DNA from: Candidatus Omnitrophota bacterium
GTDB taxonomy: Bacteria > Omnitrophota > Gorgyraeia > Gygaellales > Profunditerraquicolaceae
DNA length: 64,000 bases
NCBI GenBank assembly: GCA_022710715.1
Contig: JAKLGJ010000002.1
Span: forward strand, 309,453-373,452
Direction: 5' to 3'
Under the pieces are notes generated by a model, which did no database searches, was not told the DNA's origin, and saw only the letters and a program-made list of their open reading frames with translations. A program made the position numbers and the translations under genes. Position 1 is the stretch's first letter. Every line of letters begins with the position of its first letter. Positions 1 to 13,500 of the stretch are shown in pieces.

Positions 1-1599
1 CTGCCGGTCCTGGCGGTCGTGCTCGGCGCAGTCAACCTTATTGCTTTGTTCCGGTATGGTCTGTTCGTGACCCACGCTTATACTATCCTGGTGGGTATCT
101 TCATCGCTTCCCGCGTGATCCCGGGTATGTTCTTCTACCGCATGCCGAAAGACAACGGGATCATGCCGACCATCTCGATGGTCATCCCTGCGTATAATGA
201 AGAAGAGTCCGCCGCCGAAACCATCGACCGGGCGCTGGCCACCGGGTATCCCATGGATAAAGTGGAAGTGATCGCGATCAACGACGGCTCCCAGGACAAA
301 ACCCTTGAGGCGATGCAGGAAGCCGCCGCGCGGCATCCTGCTAACGTCAGAGTGATCGATTTTAAGCAGAATCGCGGAAAAAGAGAAGGTTTGTATGCCG
401 GCGTCATGGCTGCCGGCGGAAATATTATTGTGGTGGTGGATTCCGATTCGTACCTGCAGCCGGGCAGTTTGTATCAGATCGTGCAGCCGTTCGCCGATCC
501 GGCGATACACGCGGTTTCCGGGCACACCGATGTGCATAACGCGGATACGAACCTGCTCACGCGCATGCAGCAGGTCTGGTACGACGTGATGTTCCGCGTC
601 TTCAAGGCGGGGGAGAGCGTGTTCGGCCTGGTTTCCTGCTGCCCGGGGTGTTTCTCCGCCTATCGCAGGGAAGCGTTGCTTAACGTGCTGGAGGATTTCC
701 GCAACCAGCAGTTTGCCGGCACGCGCTGCACCTACGGCGACGACCGCAGCTTGACCAATATGATCCTGCGCAATAACGGTAAAGTCATCTACCACAGCGG
801 CGCCCGGGCCACCACCATCGTCCCCGATAAATTCAACGTGTACCTGCGGCAGCAACTCCGCTGGAAACGTTCCTGGATCCGCGAATCGCTGACCGTGGCC
901 AGCCGGTTCATGTGGCGCAAGAACCCGGTGATCGGCTGGACGTTCTATATCGCCATCCTGGTGGCTTTTATCTCGCCGCTGGTGGTATTCTATCATGTAA
1001 TCTGGATGTCTATGATGTGCGGCGTTTCTATCTGGCTGTATGTGCTGGGCGTGACCATGGTGCCGGTAACCTGCTCGCTGTATTATCTTATCCGCCACCG
1101 GCACGATCCGCGGGGCAATAATTTCATTCACGGCTTGATGGCGATGTACCTGTACCTGGCGGTGCTGGGATCGCTTAATTACTACGCGTTCTCGACTCTG
1201 GTCAATACCACCTGGGGTACCCGCGCCGTGCAGGATGCCAAACCGTCGCTGCTGGGCTCGTTCAAAAAACGCCTGGCTGACCGGCGCGCGGCCCGGCTGT
1301 CCTCCGGCGCAGGCAGAACCGCGCATCCGGTACTCTCCAATGTAGTGATGTCCGGGTTTCTCATCGCTCCGGTGCTGGCTGCGGCGTTCTTTATTTTCCA
1401 GCATCCCGCAGCGATCCTGGGAGCGGACGTTTTGAACGCGGCGCAGTTCTTCGCTTTCACCAATACGTCCATTTCGGTTATCCTGCAAGTTTTCCTTCCG
1501 GCGATCGCGGCATTCATCGGCGCCTACTGGCTGGGTATTATCGGCGCCGTGATTTTTGTGGCCGGAATGTATTATATCTGGAAACGCGTTTCGCAGTAT
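1..1599 (+). other. Domain: GT2 processive beta-glycosyltransferase (hyaluronan synthase/NodC/chitin-synthase type) with flanking TM helices
   Basis: GT-A core begins at about 160 with IMPTISMVIPAYNEE. DGSQDKT, VVVDSDS, YGDDRSLTNM and the QQLRW motif (about 851-865) are the D,D,D,QxxRW signature of processive synthases. Hydrophobic helices lie before it (1-150) and after it (900-1600). Confidence 0.8.
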
Positions 1600-4500
1600 C
1601 AGGGTGCAGGTGAAACCGGCTTTATGAAGATGCTTGAGCAGCGAACCGAGGGATTGGACGGCGCTTTGAAAAAGCGAATTGCGGTGCTGGCTGCCGGGAA
1701 GCTGCGCTCGATCCTGACGCAGGATCAGGCTTTGACTTTGTCCCCGGGCAAGCTTGCCGCCCGTTTGCCGGTCATCGGCGCTCTGGTAGAGCGGTATGGC
1801 GAAACCCGGATCGGGACTGTAGCGGGCAAGCCGTTAGCCTGGGTATTCGATATCCTGACCATGATGATCGTCTACCGGTTCTTCCTGAAGCATTTCCTGC
1901 TTCCCATGGGCCTTGCCGCCGAGGCCGGCGCATCCGCGTTGCCGCAGGAATTGGCGTTGAGGATCATCGATGAGAGCATTGCCGAAGCGCAGTCCAGGCA
2001 GACCGGCAGGATCGTGAAGCGCGCCGCGTCCGCGGCAATCCGAACGATCACTTTACGCGGTATCGCCGATAAGCTCGATTACAAAGTGCTCGCAGCGGGT
2101 GCCGACCACGCCCGGCGACAGAGCTTCCTGATGAATGGGATAGATGCTGCGCGCCTGGGTTTTTGGGTGACGATCAGCGGGACTTTGTCGCTTTTGACCC
2201 AGAGGGTGATCATCGCGGTAATCGCTTTGCGCATTGCCCCGTTTATCCTGGGCATGGCTTTGCCGGCCGCGATCCTTCAGATCGCGCTTTTCTCCATTCC
2301 TCTGCCCGGGACGGCTGCGTATCTTGTTACCGCCGGGTCGGTACTCAACAGTATGCTGGTTGTCCTGGCCCTTGACATGTCGCGCCTGTATCAGCACGCC
2401 CGGGACGCGTGGCAGCGTAAGATACGGCTTACCCGGGCCCTGGGATTGGCAGCGGTCATGCTTGCCGCAGACACCATTTCCATGGAACTGGTCGGGCCGG
2501 AGATCGCGATTGCGCTCTGGCTGACTGCCGGCATTCCGGTGCTCGGAGACCTGATGCGGCTCATCGAAGAGGTGATTTACGGGGCTAACGGGAAGAGAGG
2601 CATCGGCGCGGCGATCGTGGAAACCGCAGAAGTTGTCATTGGCAGAGCGCCGGCGGCATTCGTTGTCGGCAATTCGGAAGCCTGGGGATGGAATGTGCCC
2701 GCGCAAGGGTGGACTGTCGACTCCAACGGGAAAGGCGTGTATCCTTCTGCGGAAAATTCCTTGAAAGTCGCTGCGGCCGGCATCGGCAATTCCGATTTCG
2801 CGACCGTGGAGCCGGGCAAGCAGTATGTGCTGGAATTTCTCGCCGATGTCCAATCCCTGCCGGACGGCCGGGTGAATGTCGCCATCCAGGAATATAATAT
2901 CGATAATCGCGGCGCCGCATTGATCAATACTGTCGATTACGGCGCCTATACCGCAACAGGTATCGACTACGTCACCAGTCGGTATGCGCCTACCAGCGAA
3001 AATGTCAACGCCGTCTCGATCCAGATCCGCGCGGACACGATCCAACCCGGGGTGCTGGCTTACTTCGACGGCATCCGGCTCTCGGAAATCAAGGAAAGCG
3101 AAGCATTGCGGCAGCTGCAGCAGCCGCACGTGGTGCTGCGTTTCGACGACGGGTGGAGAAATGACGCCATCTGGCAGGACGATTCGCTGCACTATCCTTT
3201 TGTCACCAACGTCATTCCCGAAGCAATAGGTTTTTCGGATAACGAAGACAGCGCCGTCTCGAAGATGTATGTTTCCCAGCCCAACATCCTGCGGTTGAAA
3301 ACGGAATTCGGCGCGCAGATCGGCGCGCATTCCGCGGCGGACGATATCGTGAACCTCTCGCTGCAGGACAAGTTCGTAGAGACCGCAGGGAGCAAGAATC
3401 GGCTGAATGCTCTGGGGTTGAGAACGGATACCTACGCCTCTCCGAGATTCCTGTACAACAACGAAACATTGAGGTTCATCTACCGCAATTACAACTCGCA
3501 TCAGCTCGGCGAGACCAACAAACTGGCAAGCAGCACCTTCCCCTTTAACCGCTATAAATTCTATGTTGCCGTTGAGCCGAAGGAGCTGGGCAGCACGTCG
3601 GAAGCGGCTACGCGCTCCACCGCTGCCGTGCTCGACCAGGCGATTGCCGCCAACGCCACGGCTACCGTGCTTTTCCATAAAGTGAATGCGGATAACGACG
3701 CGTACATCTCATCCGCGACGGAAATATCCCGGGAAACGTACGAAGGGATACTGATCCATATCAAGGATAACGAGAAAAGGATTACGCCGGTGACCTACGA
3801 TCAGCTTCTGGCCTGGCAGGAAGAAGCGCTGGAGCCGGTGGGATTGAACGCGGATTTCAATGCTCAATCCTGGGGAGCGACCAGCCGGTTGATCCCGTTC
3901 TCGCAGCGTGACCATATGCCCGGCCAGGCCGCGGTCAATCTGGGTCAGGAATCCCTGGCGGCTATACGCGCGATCGAGCCGAACAATGCCCAAACGTTAT
4001 TCGGGCTGCCGGCGCCGTTGATCAAATCCCCCGTACGTCTGCCTGTCGCCGGCGGCGCGTTGAAACAGGAAATATATGTTTCCTATCCGCACGCGGACCT
4101 GGGGCTGGGCACGATCCCCGGCGGCCTGGGCGGCACCAGAGCGTACGTTATCGACGAAACCGGGAATTTCTATCGCACCAGCGATATGGGAACGGATTCC
4201 AGCACTCCTCTGGTCTATTCCGGCGAAGATACGTTTGCCGATGAGACCGTCTATAAACTCGACTTGGCGATTACCCGGCCCGGGACGTATTACGTGGTGC
4301 TGCAGACACCGTCAGGTCTTTTGTTGAAGTCGCACGCCTTCGGCGTAGCGGAGGATCCGTTCAGCGATATCGGCGCAGCGATGGTTCAATCCTATCAAAA
4401 CACGAATACCGCAAATCATCCGGAGGTCTCGCGCACTGTGCGCGTGGTCGATGTCAATGATACCCTGATCCGGGTCATACCCGGGATGCCGGATACGATG

Positions 4501-7500
4501 ATGCCGGAAGGAAACGTATTCGCTACCACCGGCTATCTGGCGACTATGTACAATACCTGGGATGTGTTTCTGGAGAAGGATTCGCCTCTTGCCATCAATG
4601 AAAGAGAGCCGATGGAGCAGCTCCTGATGAATCAGGCGCCCTGGATGCTGGCCATGCAGGTGCCGGACGGGAATTTCACCGGTTCCGTTTACCAGGATGA
4701 GGGGGATATCAAGCGATTTATGGGTATTAAATATGACTTTTCCAAGAATCAGCGGGTGGTGCGCGATTTGCGCGACGATCATTACTCTACGGCAGTGACC
4801 GGTCAATATGCCGCGGCGATGAGCAGCGCGGCAGATATCTACGCGCAGCATGGCAACAGCCAGATGGCGGTCGAGTGCACCAAAGCGTCTTTACGCGCCT
4901 GGCAATTCCTGCAGACCCATCCTAACTTCTCCCGGTTCAAGGTCGGCGGGCCGTGGGACGGCGTGGATGTGGATGAACGCGTGCTTACTGCCACCCGACT
5001 GCTGGAAATTTCCTATAATTACCCGGATATTTACGCGCAGGCTCAAGCCGAAACCGGAATTTCTACCGCAACGCCCCGGGACCTGGCCTGGTACATCACC
5101 GTGTATACGCCGCAGTTACGGCCGTGGCTGACCTTTGAAGGCGACCGCCATGACGCCATGGCGTACTGCCATATCGCGTTGTTGCCCGATGGGCTGGTGG
5201 AAAGAACCGGGTTGACTGCCACCCGCGACCTGGCGCAAAAGAAACTGGTGTATTCGTTGGGCGACGAAATTCTCAACCTGGCGGAAAGCCATCCCATGCA
5301 TCAAGGCGTAATGAATGACGAGCACGACGCCTGGGCCTGGGGTTCGACCAGGAACAAGATGGATAAGGCCCGCTGGCTGCTGGTGGTTGACGAGATCTCG
5401 GCGCGTCGGGATAAGGAAGAATACGATGGCCGGTATTTGCGCGCGGCTTATGACATCTGGAGTTCGGTGGTCGAGGCGAGGAATATCTACAGTCGGTCTT
5501 TTATGATCGGTTATTCCGACCGTTCGCCCAGGCAGCCGCACGATGTATTCCATTACAGCGGGTACGTTTCGCTGGATGCGCTTAATGGCAGGATCGTCAA
5601 CGGGCCTTCCAAGTTGCGCGATGATCCGACGATACCCGGTTTATACGAAGTGTACCAGGATATGCCCGATGACGTAAAGATATGGTATGTCAACGAGCCG
5701 ACTTTCCAGGAAAGTTACAGCGCCACCATTTTTGCCAACGCGATCATGCCGGCTCTGGCAACGCGCCAGTTGCTTCCTCCGGGCGTGCAGCTCAATGTTT
5801 CTTCACCTGCGGCCGACACCGCTGTCTTCACGGCCACGCCGGACTCGATCCCTGCCAATGAAGTGGTCACGCTTAGAGCCGCGGACGCGTATAAGGTTTT
5901 ACAATCGATAGTCGGCCCGTACAATCAGAAGTTCGAGTTTCAGGACGATATGCGGCCTGTCGACCCCGGGGGAAATCCTGTGGATCAGCAATTCCAGGTT
6001 GGTTTGGAAAATCTCGATCCTTTCCTGGGATGGGTCCCGGGAGACGTATTGCCGAGCAGACGCATCGTGGAAAGAGCGATACGCAACGCAGACGGCACCT
6101 GGACGGTGCGGGTTCAAGGCAACGATGTTTACAGTCAATTACCCGCGCCTGCGGATTCTCCGGAAGAACGCGCCGCCCGGCGCATTCACGGTAATTTTAT
6201 CGCAGCCGTGCTGTCCCCGAAAGGATACCGGCAGTCCGGAGCCGGTTCCGCCACGCAGATCTGGTATCCGCCGTCCAATCGCCCCGATCTGAAAACGATC
6301 GAGATCATCTATAAAGATGATCTCGACGGAGGCAAGGACAAAGAAATTCGCGGCCCGCCGCAGGCGCCGATGGTTTTGAGCGCCGGACTGACGGCAGTAA
6401 CCGCCGCGTTACTTTCCCCAGGCGAAATCCTGTCGCAATGGGTTGCCCGCCAGCGGGCGCGTAACCGCAAGATCGTCGTAGTCCAGGGGCTTGGTTTTGT
6501 CGGCCAGGCCATGGCTTCAGTGATCGCCACTGCCGACCGCGGACAGGAGTACGCGGTGATCGGAGTGGACCTGCCTTTCAACCAGTCCAAGATCGACTTG
6601 ATCAACCAGGGAATTTCTCCGATCAAAGCCGCAGATCCCAAAGTGGAAAGTTATTTGCGCAGGGCCGTAGTGGAAAGAGATTCGTTGATCGCAACTACAT
6701 CCGCCGAAGCCTACAAGTTCGCCGATATCATCGTGGTGGATGTGCCTTTCGAAGCGAGCAAGCCGGCGATGAGCGCAGTGCTGGATATCGTAATGCGCGA
6801 GAACGATCCTGACAAATGGCTGGAAACGTCCACTATGGATCAGGTGGTCGATCTGTACAGTAAAGAAGGCACGATGTCCCTGAAGGTGTTTACCAGCGCC
6901 ATAGAAGATGTGGCGGCTCATATGAAGGAAGACGCGCTGGTGATCATCGAGACTACCGTCCCGCCCGGCGCCACGGATCTGATCGCCATGCCCATATTCA
7001 ACCGGGTCCGCGCCCAGCGGGGATTCCGCGAACCGGTGGTGGTGGCGCATTCCTATGAGCGGGTCATGCCCGGTCCGGATTATCTGGATTCCATCGCCAA
7101 CTACCCGCGTCAGGTTTCCGGCGTGAACATAGAAAGTCTTCTTAAGGCAACAGCATTTTTCAAGACCATCATCGACACCGAAAAATATCCGCTCAACGCC
7201 CTGGCCAGCCCTACCGAGACCGAGTACGCCAAGATCATCGAAAATACCTACCGCAGTATTCTTATCGCCATGACCCATGATTTCGACCTGCTGGCCGAGC
7301 ATATGGAAGTCAATTACTGGGATGTGCGCGACGGCATCCGGGTGCGGCCGACGCACAATAACATGCTTGCGCCTACATTAGGCGTGGGTGGTTACTGTCT
7401 GCCCAAGGACGCATTGCTGGCTTTGTACGCGGCTAACGAATTCTTCAATATGAGCCCGGATAAAACCGTTTTGATCCTGCGTTCGATCGTGATCAACGAT

Positions 7501-10500
7501 CTGCGCGCTTTACGCTCGGTGCAAATGGCTTTGCAGGGACTCGCCCGGCAGCAGAAGAGGATCGAGGAGGCGCACGTTGCAATTATGGGCGTTTCCTATA
7601 AATCCGGGGTGGATGATACCCGCTATTCTCCGACGGAGACAGCGGCCCGGGCTTTCTTGAAGCTGGGGGCTCAAGTTACGGTGCATGATCCTTATGTTGA
7701 AAGATGGCAGGAGATGGAGCGGGATAGAACGCTGGCCGTGAATTTCCTTAACCATAACGATATGTATTCCGCGTCGCAGGATGCGGATGTGGTTATCTTT
7801 GCCGTGGACCACCCGGAATACAAAAACTTCAATTTTGATTCCTTTACCGACGCCAGGAATAACCGCAAAGCAGTGTTGATCGACGCTTATAACGTGATCA
7901 ACGATGACACTATCCTCAATTTGCTTAGAATGGGCCATGCGGTTTATGGTTACGGCAAAGGGCATATCAAGCGGCTTGAACGTCAGGTTCAGGAGATGCA
8001 GGAGTTGACGGCTGCTCAAAACGGAGAAAGCGCGGATAAGGATCTGGACGGCGGACAAAGCGTTGCGCTTGCGCGCGATGCGGGACCGGTAATCGCCCGG
8101 ATACTGGCGCAGGAAGGAACGGTAGACCTGGCGTGCGCGTCGGGTGAAGTATTTACGCTCGATTACGCCGCGCAGGGAACAACGTATGTCAAGCACCGGC
8201 TGGTCATCTCGCAGGGGGATAGAGTCCGGGGGTATTCTGACGTCGAAGCGGATGTCCAGGTCGGTTGCTACGCAGTTATGGGATGCGGATTCGATCCCAA
8301 GCCTTTTTATGCCGGGAACTGGAAAGAGCTGGCCTGGAAGGAGAGCCGTCATTACGCTTTGCAGTCCCATAGAACAACTTCTCTAGGCTGCTATTCAGGT
8401 ATTGGCCGGACCCTGATGAGCGCGATGCTCTCTCTCATGCGGGATGCGGGAGTGAAAACATTCTTTATCCGGGAGGTTGACCGCAAGGCCGTAGGTTTCT
8501 ACGACGCTCTGGGCTTCGCGGAGTATAAAGATACGATCTATGCCGGCAACGGCGCATCGCTGGGTTACGAGCTCGATCTGGAACGCATCGTGTATCCTTC
8601 TCCGGGCATCGATTTCGTCCCCCTGAAACAGCCGGTTGCGTATCGCATCTCTCCGGCAGCAACCGCGTCGGACGGCGGCGCGGTTACCGAAACTGAAGTG
8701 CTGGAGCAATTGACCGTTCCGCAGACCGGCTGGGAATTGGCGCAAAGCCTGAAGATAAACTCGATCCCGGACGCAGCCCGGTTGTTCAGGATTTGTGCCG
8801 GCAGCCAGGGAATAACCAGCAGGTTCGCCGGGAAGCTCTATGTGCGTATCGCGCAAAAGGAAAACCGGCAGCATACCTTGTCGCCGGCGCTGCTGCGCAG
8901 TTTCCTGGATTACACGGTTATCGCGCGCAGGCAGGATGCGCGCCTTAGGGAAGCGGCTGGCGCCTTGCGCGCTGCCCAGGCTCAAGCCAGCGCCGCTAAG
9001 CTGGGTCTGGCCAGATTTGAGATGACCGATGCCTGGAAGGATATGAATATGTGTCCGGGGATCGCTTTCCTGATCAACGGGGATACCTCCATGGGCATGA
9101 CCAATACGCATAAACGCGAAGAGCTTTTTTCCGGTGAGCTGTTCAACGGATCGGATCTCGACGTGCTCGTGCTTGTCAATGAGCGGCAGAATCCGTTCGT
9201 TGTCGATACGCTGATGCAGAATTTGGAAAACCGTAAGCAGAATCTATTCACCTTCTGGCACGAATCCCTGGATTATACCCTGTATACCCGCAGAGCCTTT
9301 CTTGCCGCAATGGAATCGTTCGATCGCCAGACTGCGGTGAGTATGAGCCAGTTTGCTAAAGCCAGGTTCCTGTGCGGTGACCAGGCGCTGGCTACGGAAG
9401 CGTTCCATGCGCTGGCCCACAGCCGCTGGCAGCGTTATTTCAAAGAGGCTTCTGACGCAGCAAAGCATTCGCGCGCTGCGCTCGTCGCCGCGATGCTGCA
9501 GATACCGGTCGAGGAGTGGAGCAAAGAAATGGTCCGGCAGTTCATGGGGCCGGGCGAGCAATACTGGGAGCTGGAAAGTGCTCACTTCTTCCCGGACGCG
9601 TTCGATGCGGACGGAGGCAGGAATATCGCCGCCGCTTTCTTCGATCTGCGCAAGACCATGCATTCGTATATGTACTTCCCGGGCAAGGAAAAAGATATGC
9701 GGCCGCTGGACCGGAACTGGATCGTCGCATCGCTCGCGGGTGTGGGGGTATTCTATCTGATCGCCGCCTGGTCCAAAGGGCCGCTGGTCATCCTGGGTTC
9801 CTGGGCTGCCTGGCATATCGCGATATTCCTCCGTTCGTATCTGGTCGACCAGTTGCATTATAACCGCAGGCACTGGCGCAAGTGGAGCATGGCGGATTTC
9901 CGCTATCCAAAATTTGCCGGAGCGTTGAGCATGTCCCTGAACAAGATGCTGATCCTGAACGTGTTTGACCTGCTGGTGCTCGGCGCGCTGCTGTTGTTTT
10001 TTCCCGGGGTTTATTTCGGGATTCCCGGTAAATATGTGGCTCTGGCAATCCGCACTGCGATCACGCTGGTATTAAGTTCGTACGTTACCTGGGCGCAGAA
10101 AGGGTTTAATTTCACGCGCAGCGCGGCGCAGGAAGAGGTGATCAAGAATATCGGGTTAAGCCTGTTCTCCACCGCAGTCGGCGCGCTGTACCTTAACGCC
10201 AGCCCCATGGCGTTCGTGGCCCTCTATTCAATCGTGTACAAAGTATTCAGCGAAGCCATCGGAGCCTGGATCGATTACCGCCGTCCCAAACCGCCGCATT
10301 TGTTCCTGCGGCCGGGTGATTATGCCGATATGCCCGCTGAAATCACCGTTCAAGGGCAGCAGCTTTATCCGATGAAGATCATTCGTCAGGTGGAGCGGAT
10401 GGTTAACCGCGATACGCAGCGGATGGAACTGCGCTATGGAATAAACGTCACCGAACCGGCTACTGCGGATAAGCTGATCGTTCCCATGTCCCGGTCCCTG

Positions 10501-13500
10501 GATTTTCTCATCGAAGAAGGCGGGCGGTTCAGCACCAATAACCCGGAGCATCTCAAGAAGCTGGTAGCGTTCGTCCGCGCCGAATTGGAGCGCCAGAAGA
10601 TCGACGCCAATGCCTGGTCCCTGGATGAGCAGCGGCTGGAGAGCGACATACTCGGGAAACTTCCGCTGGAAATGCAGGATTTTGCCGACCAGCTACCCAA
10701 GTTGAACCGGCACATTATCAAACATGGCACGTTGCGCACCCTGGTTACCTACGCCAGCCTGCTGGAAGGCCGGCCGTCGGAAGCTGTTCTCGATGAGGAA
10801 GAGACGATCTTCAGCCGTATTCTGGGCGGGCAGCCGTTCAAAGATCCGGGATTCTGGCACGCTTTACGGCCGGAACATTTCCTCCGCCAACCCATAGAAT
10901 TCGTCATTGCGCAGAAGGATTATTTTGCGGAAGCGGGGAAAGAACGATTGCTCGATCAGATGGAGAGGAAAGTCGAACGCAACCGACTCACCGGGCAGAT
11001 CGTGATCATTCCGTATAAAGGCGGCAATCCGTTTGAGTTGCTGCTGGAGATCATGGAGAATTTTTACTGGCTGCGTTTCAATTCCGCAGTGATCAATCAT
11101 TTGAGGCAGAACGTTGCCGGGGAGTCGTTCGGCAAAGAATTGATCGACCGCTACATTATCAGAAGCTGCTGGCAGCATGCGGATATCTGGAGCTGCAAAA
11201 AAGTCCAGGGAGGCCTGATCGCCGAAAAAGTGCTGCAGTCGGTATCGCGGATGCAATTCAGGCTCTCGATGGATAAACGCGTAATACAATCCCTGTATAC
11301 CCAGCATGACCGGTCCTGGCGGCAATTCTTCTATCCGGTTGCTCACCCCAAACAGACCCAGCTGGTGTTTAAAGACGAGTTCGAGCGGTTGATGGAAGAT
11401 CCTAACCGGCAGGTGCAGGTCAAGCATGTGCGGTTGCTGGAGATCTGGCAGGTCCAGCAGGAAGTCCGCTTGTTCATGAAACAATTGAATAACTACTCGT
11501 TGATTCCGGTTCTGGACGAACGCATCGGGCTTCCTTTGAAAAGCATGGTGAGTTATCTTCTGGCGGAGAGATCGCTGCAGGATATTCTGGAGAAAATGGG
11601 GATAGTGGTTTCTTCAGATGACATCGATGCGCTGATCAAATCCATTATCGTAAAAAAGGCGGCAACCGGCAAGCTGCCGGATGATTTCTTCAAAGCGCTG
11701 GAAGATGTGGATTTGCGAAAGACGATACTGGAACTTCACGACGGCGGCAGCCGCCCGGCAAAGATCAACAGGGAATTGAGGAAGAAAGAGGCAGTCGCAT
11801 CTACCGTGGCAGGTGGCGCTGCCTCTTCCTCAATACCTGCGGTGCATTACGAAAAGACCGGGCGGGTGATCAAAGTATTCGCGCCCAGCGGGTCGCTGCT
11901 TGCCGTGCTGCGCGCTTTTGCCCTGACCGCGGGGCCGGAGGTGAACCTGCCGTTCACCCGGGGTATTTCCATGCGGGTGGCGCCGGTAGGATTACATCAC
12001 CGCGCTTCGGTACTGGAGAAGCTGATGCTGGTGTACAAAGATCACTATTGCCCGGGTGATAAATCCTTCGGCATACGCGAAAACGATATTGTTGCGGTCT
12101 TGTGGGAGAACGAATCGTTCGGCAGAGGACAAGCCTTGAATATGCGGGCGGTTCCGGTCTGGGAATTTGTGCGCACCGGTAAGGGCACAGAGGTCTGGTC
12201 CGAAGCGCTGCCCATGCTGTCCTCAAGAAAAGCGGATATGCGCACAATCATGGTGTTGCTGCTGTTGATACGCAAAGAGCAGGCCAAACTGTTCGATTCC
12301 TACCGGTTCAACGAGCAATTCCTGCAGAAGATCAAAGATGGCACGCGTTGGTCGGACTGGGGAGCGTTGAAGGTACGTAATGCGCAGGAGACAGCGTTAT
12401 TGTTGCATAAGCCGTTGTGGGAGGAATTCCACCGGTCATACTGGAGCATGAGCCGTGAATTGTCCGTCGGGCAGTGGCATGCCGATTCCCTGTTGCCCGA
12501 CGTGTTGTCCAGGCAGGCAGTGTTCGCGGATCTGGGGATGGAAGAGAAGCTGAAACAGGCGCTGGTTGAGCCGCGGCAAAGAGACTTGCTCGAAGCTGTT
12601 CCCGGCAAGAATGCGATCGGCCGCCGCGTGCGCCGGCATATCCGCAGCGCCGGTTTCGACCAGGTCCGCCTCGACGCGTTCAATCTGGACGGCGGCAAAC
12701 TGGTGATCGGCACAATGGACCAGATCAAACAGCAATTCGATCTGTCCGCAAACAAGGCGGTGGTTTACGACGCCGCCGGCGTGCTCTTCGATTGCGATAA
12801 GGAAAAAGTGGTCGATCATTTCCTGGCCATCATTGAGCAACGGATGAAAAAATACGTCGCCCGGCAGGCAGTGGACGAACTGTTCTTCAGCGGAGAAGAA
12901 GCGGGCCGTTTGAGATTAACCCTGCCCATGGAAGCATTTGTGCTTTGCCTCAATGAGGCTCTGCGGGCGAAGGGCTGGCCGGTATCTTTTACCCGGGAAG
13001 AAGTCGAGTATGGATTGACTCTGGGGCATACTCCGATTCCGCAGACCCAGGAGTTCAGCCGCCAGGCGCAGGAGCGGGGCATGGAGCAGTTTGTCCTTTC
13101 CAATCATTTCAAAAGCAAAGACGACCGTCTGCGCAAACAGTTCTACGTCATGGTCAAGCTGCATTATCCGCATATCCCCTCCGATCATATTATTGTTTCC
13201 GAAGAAATCGGTCTGGCCAAGCCGAGCGAAGCGATCTTTCGTCTATTGTTGAACCGTTTCGGGCTGTCTGCCGGCAGTACCCTGTTCATCGACGATCAAC
13301 AGCGCAACGCATTTGCGGCGTACCTGCTGGGCATGAACAGCTGCTGGTTCACTAAACAAACAGACAGTAAGCAGGTGGGCAAACATGGCCTGATCATGAA
13401 GCGCAAGGGCATGGATCTGTATGCTCCCCGGGAGCATCCGGAAGGGGAGGACGTCCTGGTGGATACCGTGCGTATCGCTGACGGTAAGACCGTGCCATTG

